DNA from: Bugula neritina
Lineage: Eukaryota > Animalia > Bryozoa
DNA: 64,000 bases
Assembly: GCA_964035545.1 (NCBI GenBank)
Contig: OZ037771.1
Span: 8,797,408-8,861,407, forward strand
Direction: 5' to 3'
In this document: piece by piece, positions 33,601-44,894 of the stretch
Layout: each line of letters opens with the position of its first letter
How positions within the stretch are numbered: position 1 is the stretch's first letter
Position numbers and translations under genes: made by a program
The notes under the pieces: generated by a model
Seen by the model: only the letters and a program-made list of their open reading frames with translations
Told to the model about the DNA's origin: nothing
The model's database searches: none

Positions 33601-33645
33601 CGGGGTTAGCATGGAGTATCCGTACAGCCTCCGCATTTTTACCAT
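30603..33645 (-). mobile_element. Gypsy-3: 3' half of a degenerate relative of Gypsy-1 (integrase plus accessory gene)
   Basis: Frameshifted integrase pieces (ELIWDTH, LDQHVFCYFGLP, EEPPLYQVGDWVWM, RQPPPYLRDF). Confidence 0.9.
30650..31689 (-). pseudogene. Spliced zinc-finger/coiled-coil accessory gene of Gypsy-3 (exon 31689-31665, intron 31664-31369), disabled
   Basis: MPRNTGFQ then G|GTAAG; acceptor TCTGCTCTTTCAG|; in-frame CQLC-x12-HVDAH and CPC-x12-H-x5-C with two TAA stops; tail RLRRLQVGFRQLAPQL/GLNQLKDSVGHI. 3' end approximate. Confidence 0.8.
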
Positions 33646-34026
33646 TACACAATTTAATTAGTGGTTATAATTGGGTTGGTTATCATCTGCAAATTATTTT
33701 ATTCAAGCATTAGAATTTTTAAAACAGGAAGTGACTGTATTTTTAGAAACTGAATATAAATTTATCAGCTAAAACATTAGGGAAAAGTAACTTCAAGTTT
33801 GCATAAACTGTATAAATATTACAACATCCCCTCTTTAGTTTCAGGGCTACAAAAAAGACACAAAAGAAACGGTTTGACAATAGTAATTAAATCGATTACA
33901 ACTTATACTACAGGTGTGGATAATAAATTATGTGCAGTCAACATATGTTAAGTAGTGTGGCATTTTTCTTTTTTGCTCAGAAAATCATATTGGAACATTG
34001 GTTATATCAGCTCTGTTAAGTATTAA

Positions 34027-34473
34027 AGTTGCGTTTATACCTTCACGATTTTCGGTCAAAATTTCAATTTGGCCGGGTTGAAATTTCTCCGAGTTGCATT
34101 GCATTGTAAAAGCCACCCGTTGAAATTTTTGTACTGTGATAACTTAATAGGCCAATTTTAGAATAGGAGTAATAACTCCTTGTAAACATCGTTATTTAGT
34201 TATTACTTTGGCGATTAGACAACGTACTTATATGGTTATAATTATATAGCCTACGCCTTCTCAATTATTGCTTTTATGTTTTCCGCTTCACTAATTCACG
34301 ACATTTACAAAGGGCATCAAATAGCTATTATGCGAGTCAAATTTCAATTTCAGAAAGTGAGCAACCGCATCAATATGATTTCAACAAGTTTAAGTTTGAC
34401 TATAAAGGGGTACCCGGAATAGCGTTATTAACTTAAACTCGGTACTTTTTTCAGCAGAGGTATTAACGCAACT
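34027..34473. mobile_element. MITE with TTAA target duplication (Kolobok-like)
   Basis: TTAA|AGTTGCGTTTATACCT ... AGGTATTAACGCAACT|TTAA; 16-bp TIR with one mismatch. Confidence 0.8.
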
Positions 34474-36968
34474 TTAAGGTCTGGTGTCAGCCATGACATT
34501 TGTTTGACGAGTAATATTATCTGAAGAAAAGACAGCATAGCCTTCTTTTTGCATATCTCTTACCATCACTTTGTCTCCTTTTGTTTACTGGCAAAAAAGG
34601 GCGCACTTTAAATTTTTTTTTAGGATTTTCTTTCATTTTTTCTTTACAATTATCATCACTCCTTTTGAAATAATTATGGTTAGAAAGTTTAGGTTTAAAC
34701 TTATCCAGATGAATGGGTACAGTGGATCTCAATTTTCTACCCATTAATAATTCTGCTGAATAGTATGAACTAAACTGCGGTGAGGACCTATAGGCTAACA
34801 AAGCCAAACACAGATCTTTTTTTGCAAGTATGCTTTTGGTGGTCCTTACCTCTTGCTTGGCAGCTCCATTAGCTCTGTGATAATGTGGGCTGCTGGTCGC
34901 ATGAGTAAACCCATACTCAACAAAAAAATGTTTAAATTTTGCACTTGCATATTGCGGGCCGTTATCTGACAATAGGATTTCAGGTATGCCATGTCGTGGA
35001 AACATAAATTTCAGGTGTACTATTATTTTACTTGAGAAAAAGTCCGAGTTTGCCAGCAAGGCAACTTCAGGATACCTTGACCAAAACCAGAAGATATACT
35101 TGGCCTTTATAGGTCAATGAATCGATGCTAAGGTGTTGCTATGGTCTATCTGAAGTTTCAAAAGAACGCAATGGTTCTGTAACTTTAGCTGCATTGATTT
35201 TGCCTTTGGCAAAATTGCTGATCATAGATAGCCTCAATAGCCGTTGCCATCGAAGGCCACCACACACTCTCTCTAACCTGTGCTTGACATTTTGTAATGC
35301 CCAAGTGCCCCTATGTATACCTTGCAACACCTGTTCTCTTTGAGCTAATGGTATTACCAATCGATCGCCAAGTGTCAAAAATTGTTTGCTAATTGTTAAA
35401 AGATATCTTCTTTCAAAATATGGCTTCAGAAGAACATCTTTAGAGAACAAATACCCTTGCCATCAATTTTCTACTAATTAAATTACTTTCGACAGTATTT
35501 CATTTTTATGTTGTAAACGAAGCTGCACCAACCTGCGATCAGATCCATATTGGTGAATGTAATCAATATAGAGTTCAATGTCTCTTTTTCTTGCTATAAT
35601 TATCTCGTTTGCTTCAGCAGTGTTATACCTAGAGAAAGCATCAGCCGCAACATTCTTAGACTCGCTTACATGCCTGATAGTATACCGAAATGTTTGAAGT
35701 CCAAGTTTGAACCCTCAAATTTTTGGTGGAAGCCTGTCCAGAAATATATTCCCTAACAAAGTAACTAGTGGGCACTGCTCAATTTCAATAATCACGTTCT
35801 TCATACTTAGTATATATAAAGAAAACTTTTCCATAGCCGAAAACACTGCTAGACTTTCTTTTTCTATGGGTGCATAACGCTTTTTAGTCTCCATTAAAAA
35901 TTGACTCGCATGAGATATCAAACGCCGAGAGCCATTCTGTTAAATTTGTCAGAGTGTTACACTAAACCTGCACTGCTAGCGTCTGTTATAATTATGACAT
36001 CTTTGTCTACGTAATAGACTGCTAAAACTGGTGGATTTTGAAATATTTCCCTTATTCTCATAAAGGAGTGTTTTTTTTTGCTTGACCAGTGCCATGGAAC
36101 ATCTTTCTGCAACAGCATTCTAATGGGTTCACTCACAGCAGCCAATTCCTTAGAAAACTTAGCATACTGGTTAGCCATTCCAAGAAAACTTCGTACTGAG
36201 GTTACATTTTTTGGAGTAGGAAAGTCCACTATTCCTTGAACCCAAGGGCCAACATGTATACCAGACTGATCTATGACATAACCAAGAAAATTAACAGATG
36301 GTACTCTAAATTTACATTTGTTTTTATTGAGCGTAATGCCTGTAATGCGTAAGCATGTCATCCATATGTATAACCACACCATCAACATCCTTTAAAATAT
36401 TGTTTAATTCAGCAACAAAAATCTCTGGTGCACTGCAAAGGCCTTGAGGCGCAGTCACAAATAGCGATATCGTTCAGGATGAGTCAAAAATGTTGTTAGT
36501 TTGCTAGATTCTTTCCTAAAAGGAATCGGCCAGAGTCCACTGCTTACAACAATCTTGAAAAAGGATTGCATTTGTTCTAATTGAGCTAAGCTGCTATCTG
36601 CTGTTGTTATGAAGTGGAATTTTCTCAAAATATGCTTGTTTAGCCCTGTATAATCTCTGAAAATGCTCAAGTCATTTTGGCCAGGTTTATGAACTACTAC
36701 CATAGGTGCCACGCAAAGAGTAGGTTCATCAACTTCAACGATCACTCAATCTTCAATTATTTTCATCAATGCTTCATCTACCAACTGTCTTCAAGAAAAA
36801 CGTTTAGGTCTGGGAAAATGGATAGCAAATAGTTTAGCATTTCCTTTCAACGTAATGACATGCTCTGTATTTACTTTCCCCAATTCTTAAAACAACTTCT
36901 TACCAACACACACATTTTCTGTTTGGCATTGAGATGAATCTACAGAGATGAGGTTTTGTTTCTCATAT

Positions 36969-37918
36969 TGTGATAGTTTTGTGGGTTATGAGTGCAACTA
37001 GTGCTTTACATACTTGCTACAAAAAACAAGGCGAGAAAAAAGGTAGAAGATAAGGTAGCTTTATTGTAGTCGAATGATCCAGTAGTCCGTATCCAGCGAG
37101 CTCCAGTAGTAGACTGAATCTACACTGAAACTCGCTGGCTTTTATATACACGCAGGACAAAGACATTCCTTTGTTGCCGAGATCGAAGGCCCGAAATGCC
37201 GAATATCGGCATTTCAGGAATCCGAAATGCCGAATTGGCATCTCGGCACTTCGGTAGTCCGATATGCCGAAAATCGGCATATCGGTGTTTCGGCGGACCG
37301 AAGCGCCGATGTCGGCAACAAAGGACACACACACACAACATAAATCTACCACACACACCCCCCATCAGAAAGCATGCCTTCCGATAAAGAGGCGTACACA
37401 AACACAAAAACGTCAATCACACAATATAAACCATATGACACGACATGTAACACACATTTAACAAACAACACGAAAAAAAAACGAATATATGGTAGCCATA
37501 CAGTGATAAATAGATAGAAGGAAAGAAAAAATTGTGCACACATGAGTAGAAAACAGAGCAACGAACAGGTACATAACACTACGTGAAAGAATTCACACAC
37601 ATGAATTAGAAGGGAAAAAGAAGAAAGAAACAAAAAAACAATCAAGAAAACAGAATACAAAAATACAAACAGTTACATGCACCCAGGTGCTCATCGGCGG
37701 TCCCCACATCGGCTTTGTTCCAGGCAGCTCACACGTCTCCTTAGTTGCCCCAACTCCTCCTCGTATCTGCGGAGCCGCCTGCGTAGGTGTTGCACCTCTT
37801 CCTCCAATTGGGCCTTTTATACTTTTCATTTTCATTCGAGCCACACATATACCATACTTATTAATATAACTATATTACTGCAGGTCATCAAACTCTGCTT
37901 TGTAGACAGCAGAGATAT
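36969..37918 (-). mobile_element. Gypsy-5: 3' LTR (37353-36969), PPT and 3' internal remnant with a leucine-zipper-like frame
   Basis: CTTTCTGATGGGGGGTGTG|TGTGGTAG...CTATCACA|ATAT; the same CTTTCTG-PPT context as Gypsy-1 and Gypsy-2. Confidence 0.75.
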
Positions 37919-40900
37919 TGTTATAATTTCCAGAATTGTGGGTTGGTGTGCAATCAAGTGACTGTTATTTAGTATACTAGAGAAACTTCGCCAGTGTAAT
38001 CCGAGTTAATACTAATAAATTTTATACACAATGATGCATCACAAAAACTACAGTTATACAAATACATTCAGCTAATTGATACGGTCTATACAGTTCACCA
38101 GCCTAAACTCAACTAACTGAAACACGGGAAGCTATCACTACTAAAACTGTCAGTCATTCCGATTGGTTGTCTGCTGTCCCGGGTCATCCCAATGACCCCG
38201 TGCTGCACTCATGGGGGAAATAACATTTCCCCGTTATTACGCTGGTAGCTCTATGAGCCACAACACCGCCCCTACCAGCAGAAAGCCCTCTTTCTGATAC
38301 AAAAAAAATTACAATCAGCACACATAATGTCAGTAGAGCATAACATAAAAAAAGACAGGTATACACAACGACAGAAATAATCATTATAACAGATACGGCA
38401 TATACAATTGGTTAGCTACGGAGAGAGAAGTAGCACTAGCTGTGGTAGTGGCCAAGGAAGTTGAGCTGTTGAGCATTTACATGATCACAGTGTTGTAGTT
38501 AAGCACTTCCAAGAGGGTAAGGCTTACAAATCATTCCAGGAAGGAGAACCAGAGTCATGGCTTGGAGAGCCGGTGTTTGGCTTGACGGGCACGTAGCTTC
38601 CGTTTGATTCTGCCTACGAAGCCTTTCAATTGATCGAGTCCTGTCGTGGTGTTTAATAGATCTGGGGCTAGTTGGGTGAAATCGGCCTGTAGCCGAAGGA
38701 GCCGCTCTTCTACAGTAGCTAGGCGAGTATGATCTGGAAATGGGGTCGAGAACTTACGAGCGGGAGGTGCTATCTCTTTTTCCGCATTAGGGTAGGTGAG
38801 TTTTTCAGGGGTATATATAATCTGGGGTCTGTCCGATATCATCGATGATTGTTGTCGAGCATATTTCAGCACATGCTGGAACCCGGAAATCAAAACAGCC
38901 AGCACCATCGCTTTCTTCACCAAAGGCAGTATTAGTGGTAAAAATTCTGGGTATAGATCAGGGTCCACGACGTAGTTTTCTTCCGGGAAGCATTCAGCTG
39001 CTCGATGTCTAATGATTGGGTAGGGATAGACGTCGTGGTGTCCGTTTGGGCAGAATGTCAGTAGGAAATGGGCATCCACATTTAGTCTCAGTGAGCGGTG
39101 AGATGGGCTATCTTCATAACAAATTTGGCACTGCGTACTCCCTTTGGGTCCCCATGCAACCTCTATTTTCCTCTCCGTCTCTATTGACACCCACCGCCAG
39201 CGGCGGCGCAGTGGCCCTGGTAGTCCGCCATTGGTATTCTCCTCGTGGTGTGGTGCGGGGAATGCTCGGTTCCGTACCCTGGTTGTAGCGGGTCGAGTGT
39301 AACCTGAAAAAGTTCAACAGCGCTAGTGAAATACACTGTAGTGTCGCCGGCCTTAAACAGCCTGACAACTTTTCGTTTGGTTAACACTCGCAGAGATTAT
39401 TGTTAGTGAGTAGTTGGAAGAGAACACACACTGCAGTGAGATTGTGAAATCTCTGAGTCAATTTGTGTTTCTAACACTGTAGTTCACTAGCCTTTCTTCA
39501 GCTCAATTGACTCAGACGAGACGGAGCTGAGTGATGCAATCTAGTTTCCATACCAAGAACATAGTTAACTCACCCCCAGATCCGGTATTGTATGACATAC
39601 TGAATGTTTGAGAATGGTTTCTGTTTCTGTTTCCCCGGCAGTGATTATTTCTTCCTGTTCTCCGAATAGAGCCCTCCCTCCGTGGGGGTTGGCACTTCCG
39701 GAACTGGCTCGGTTTCTGGAAGTGAAGGTATCAAACTTGGCGTCGGAGGCGGCGGGCGCACTTCTGTGGATGGAAGTGGTTGCTCATCTCGTACCAAGTT
39801 TTCTTCCCGCGGGATGACTACTTCATACTCGGGTCCATGCCGCCGTCGCCCACGCGTTGTCGTCTGCCTCCTAAGCTCCAACAACGGGGAGGGGCTTTTT
39901 CCACTGCCTCTGGGCTAACCCAATACGGCTTCAAGCGAGTCTTATTTTGGATGGACACTTGTCCTGAGCGCTCGATCTTGTAGGTATGGTTGGGCATGGC
40001 CTCAACTACCACGTAGGGTCCCACGAACTCAGGCTGTAATTTAGCCGCCTGTACAAGACGCCTACGATAATTGACCATTCACACCCAGTCTCCTGTCTGA
40101 CAGAGGGGTGGCTTTTCGGAGTCCTTGCGCCACACCTGCCACTGCTTCTCTCACAGAATTCCGTGTGCGACCCTCATTCACTCTACTAGTTCACTGGCAT
40201 ACTCGTGAACTGAGCTGTCTTGCTTTGGACTGTGGTAGGTAAGATGGTCAGATACCCGAGTCTCTCTTCCGAGCATCAGGAAGTTTGGGGTTTCACCAGT
40301 ACTGGTGTGTGGGGTGCTGCGGTATGCACGCATGACTTGAGGCAACACCGTATCCCATTCCTTCTGACTGCATCCGAGGAGTAGATTCCGGAGCGCATCA
40401 GCTAGCATCCGGTTATTGCGCTCCACCACCCCGTTACCTTGGGGATTGTACGGAGTGGTCCTGCTCTGATTTACTCCCCAGAGGTGGCAAAGGTTGCTCA
40501 TCAGTTGAGACTGGAACTGAGCGCCTTGGTCAGAATGTATCTATTCGGGGAGGCCAAAGTAACAGAATACATGTTGGTCCAGCACCCTGGCCACTGTCGC
40601 AGCTGACACATCTGGGATCGCCAGAGCGTCTGTCCACCTGGTGAAGTGGTCGGTTAATGCTAAGATCAAACTGTTGCCTCTGGGGGTTAGGAGCATGGGT
40701 CAGCTACTACTTGCCACTGCCTTCCAGCATATAACCTTCACCGTCCCGCATCACCAGGGAGACAGACAGCCATGCTTGCTGGCCTGGCAGATTTCACACT
40801 GCTTCACTGAGTCAGACATCACGCTGCATTTTGGGCCAATACCACCGGAGTTGAAATTTGAAGATCACTCTCTGTACTCCTGCGTAAGCCTGTTTGTGAG

Positions 40901-43900
40901 TGTCCCAAATTAACTCACGACGTATGGCAGTGGTGCAGACCACCCTTTTCCTCTCTGAGTGTCTGCCATTGGCGGCTGAGGAAATGGTCAGCAGACCATC
41001 CTGCCCGATCCTCAGCGTTGACAGAACAGCCGAAACTCGGCGCATCCCTGCCGTAGTTGTTTCTCGCTGGGTCGTCGCCCTTCCTTTTTGGCCCGATATA
41101 TGGCCCGATATATGTCTGCCACTACTCCAGGCGGCTCCTCCTGAAGCTTCTTCAGCTCCCGGACATTATCGGCCAAAACAGGGTTGGCGCGGAGGTTTTG
41201 TACAACCTCCGGGGACTCATCAACCTTCTGTTTGAGTTGACCCTGGTCCCAGTCAAACTGTGCTACGTGGTGAGCCAGTGTCTCTAACTCACACCGCGGG
41301 GGACCTTTATTCCTCTTCTCGATGTTGAGACACTGTTTGCAACCTCCATCAGGTTGCCGGCTCAAACCATCCGCATTGCTGTGCCTCTTACTCGGCCGGT
41401 GTTCGATCCGGTAAGAGAACTCAGCCAGGATTTTGAGCCACCGGGCGACCTGACTGGACGGTTCTGCTCTCTTGCACAACCAAATCATGGAGGCATGATC
41501 CGTATGCAGCCGGAACTTCCTGCCATACAGATAAGGTCTGAAGTGCTTCACTGACTTGATAACTGCCAGCAAATCCTTGCGGGTAGTGCAGTAATTTCGT
41601 TCAGTGGGGGAGAGAGATTTGCTGTAGTAAGCTACTACTACTTCTCGGCCTTCCTGCACTTGGGACAGCACAGCGCCAACATTCTGGTCACTGGCGTCTG
41701 TGTCAAGGATGTACTCCAGAGCGGGGTCTGGGTAGGCCAAGATGGGTGCCGTCAGTAGGCAATCTTTGAGGCGGTCGAACGTTCTGCTGTTCGACCGGGG
41801 TCCCCTGCCATGTCACCCCCTTTGCGGTGAGCCGGTTTAACGGCTGTGCTCTTCTCGCAAAATCTGGTATGTACTGCCTGTAATACCCTACCAGACCAAA
41901 AAAAGCCCGAAGTCCGGTCAAGTCTTGGTTGGTGACCCAGTCCTCTATCGCCCGTACCCTCTCGAGATTCGTTGCCACGTCGTTTCGACCGACAACGTGC
42001 CCCAGGTACTTAGCCTCCGGCTGCAATAGAGCGCACTTGGAAGATTTCAGCTTCAGACTGGCACCTCTGAGTCTTTCGAAAACCTCCCGCAGGCGACTGA
42101 CGTGTGTCTCGAAGTCTGGGGAGATCAGGATGACGTCATCAAAGTGTTTTCTAGTGGAGTTCGCTAAGGACTTGCTTCATCAGCTTCTGGAAGGTGGCCG
42201 GGGCAAAAATAAACTTGAAGGGCAGCACCTTCCACTTCCACAGTCCGTCCCTTGTGATAAACGCCGCCTTCTTCTGGGCGTCGGGACTCAGAGGGACTTG
42301 CCAGTAACCGCTCAAAAAGTCTAACGTACTGAAGTACTTGCTGCCAGCTCGGGCGTCCAAGGATTCATCAATACGAGGTAGAGGGTAGGCGTCCTGTATG
42401 GTTACGCTATTGAGCTTGCGGTAGTCCACACAGAACCTCCAACTTCCGTCTTTTTTCCGAACCAAAATGACCGGCGAGCTCCATGCACTGTGAGCTGGCT
42501 CTATAAGGCCGTGGTCCAGAAGATCCTGGACTTGTCGACTGACCTCCTTCTTTGGCCCCAGCCTGCTATGGATTGCCGAATAGGGAGTGTCCCTGCAGTC
42601 AACAGTATCTCGTGCCTGATAGCTCCAGTCAGTCCCACGTCGTGATCTCCGCTGCTGAACACATCACCGTAGTCGCTTAGCAACTTCACCATGGCCTGAC
42701 GTTCCTCGTTGCTCGCACAGCCACCACAAGCGGTTTCATATAACTCCCGGATGTGTGTGGGGACAGTCCCCCCCCCTTGGATGAGCGTGGAGGAGGCTCT
42801 TCCGTCGCATTTCCTTGCGAGGGGCCCACGTCCTCTTCTTGGACAGAGTGGAACCAGCCCAGCATAGATCCAGCTGGTAGTTTAATGGACTCGGTAAAAG
42901 GGTTTACGCACTGCACCAAGATCTCTCCTCGCGCAGTCAACTGGTTCAAACTGCTAGCAAGTTGGATTCTTTTATGCGCGCCTTCTGCTACCCCGAGTTC
43001 AGAGATCCGGTTATTGTTCACCCTACAGTGGATAGTAGCCCGGAAGCGGCCTGGTACAGTACAGTTTCGTACTACCTGCACGCCTCTCACTAATGTGTGG
43101 CCGAACTTTTTGACACAGGCAAGTTCTCACCCAGACTTCACCATTGCAGACTTGCTAAAGTCAATGTGACATTCGTGCCATTTCAGGAATGGCATCCCGA
43201 GGATGGCGTCCTTTTTGAGCTAACTGACGAAAAATGTCTCTTGGATCGTTTGATCTCGGATGCGTCCCGTCATCTCAATTTTAACCATAGAAAGGAATGC
43301 ACGTCCCATCAGCCAGGGTGCCATACTCCCCCTTGTACGGTTCCATCTCGCCCCTGACCCTAGCGCTGAGGGTATCGAAGAGTTGGCGACTTATGAGGTT
43401 CGTGGTACAGCCCGAATCAAGCAGGAAGGTAACAGCTGTACCTTCTATTTTGCCGGGTAAGAAATAACTATTCCCATGGGGCTGTACCTGTACTCTCTTC
43501 GTGCCTTACTTTTGCAGGGAGCACCCCCCTCGCTTTAGGTCGCGAGAGTGGTCGTTTGGGATGGTGGTAGGGTATCCTCAGAGGTGGGGAGGGTAAGTTT
43601 CCAGTTGCCTGTACTGGTCCCCCTTCGGATTCTTGAGCCGGAAGCCCATCAAATCGGTTGTGGAGTAGCATAGAGAAGGTAACAGCGGGGCGGAACCCCT
43701 TACCTGTCTGCCGTGGCTGTCGCTACTCCTGGTTGTCAGCAGGTGGTACCCGTCTAGGTAACCTACGTTTCCTCTTCCCTGGGGGATTCATCATTGGCCC
43801 GCAGGAAAGGGCAATATCTGCGGAAATGTCCTTGGTTTCCGCATTCCCAGCAAAAACTGACTGTTTCCCTCGGTGGCGGCGCCGGTGGCCGCAGAGGCTT

Positions 43901-44894
43901 GTAGGCGGTACCTACTGAGGTTTGATGTGTCAGTGCTGCTACCAGTTGGGCAACCTTCGATGCGGCAGTTAACTGTCCCACGGCAGCGGTCGCGGGCGGC
44001 TCTGCCTCCAGATCGGTTGCTGCGTCTGTGAGCTCTATCTCCACTTAGCGGGAGTTCCCGCAATTTTTATGCATCTGGTTTGCCAGGAGATAAGCTTCTC
44101 TTTCCGCCAGAGCGCCTTCGACTGTGGTGACTCACCTAGCTAGAAATTTATGGTGGAGTCCCAAGTCCTTGACGAATTGCACAAAGGCATCAAAGGTATA
44201 CCTCTCACGGTTAGCTTGAGGCAGATCGCTAAACGCAATCTGCGCCAGCTTCATCACCGTGATGGCATGTTCTTGTAGCGGGGTGTTGGGATCACGCCGC
44301 AGCCTTTGTAGACGGGTCCGGGCGTCTATGGCAGAGATGCCAAAACGGGCCCGTAGAGAAGCAAAGATACTATCGATGTCTGGCCCTAACCCATAGGGCT
44401 TGGCCTTATCTATCAATGACATTCTGAGCTTCAGCAGGGCCACTCTAGGTGGCCACGGGGAGACGTCTATTACATTACTAAACTCTTGTATGAATTGTTC
44501 CACTTCTTCGCCCGAGAAGGTGGGTGCCTTTAACCGGTAACGGTCTTCATTCAGCTCCAGCGGAACTCTTCGCTCTTCTACTACATGATTCACAGGAATA
44601 ACATCATCTCTACGCTTACCTTCTATCGGCTGTGGTTGCGTTCCAGCATCTTCAGTTTTTATCGTTGACGTGCACAGTATCCCACTGCTGCCACCACTGT
44701 TATATTTTCCAGAATTGTGGGTTGCTGTGCAATCAAGTGACTGCTATTTAGTATACTAGAGAAACTTCGCCAGTGTAATCCGAGTTAATACTAATAAATT
44801 TTATACACAATGATGCATCACAAAAACTACAGTTATACAAATACATTCAGCTAATTAATACGGTCTATACAGTTCACCAGCCTAAACTCAACTA
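37919..44894 (-). mobile_element. Gypsy-2: near full-length degenerate relative of Gypsy-1
   Basis: 3' LTR 37919-38265; truncated 5' LTR 44698-44894 with about 4 differences over the shared ~195 bp; tRNA-Leu PBS 44679-44696; PPT; gag with CWEC...H...C knuckle; frameshifted pol. Confidence 0.93.
38555..39598 (-). CDS. Spliced accessory gene of Gypsy-2: join 39598-39574,39303-38555 (257 aa, open)
   Basis: MSYNTGSG then G|GTGAG; acceptor CTTTTTCAG|; continues in frame into the 38555-39190 ORF (CQIC..., coiled coil VEERLLRLQADFTQLAPDLL). Confidence 0.75.

Noticed and set aside
37017-37461. Cluster of overlapping ORFs on both strands
   Set aside because: They arise from the CpG-rich palindromic array in the Gypsy-5 LTR.
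43671-43770. Programmed gag-pol frameshift in Gypsy-2
   Set aside because: This copy has many random frameshifts, and intact Gypsy-1 has a single ORF, so it cannot be supported.
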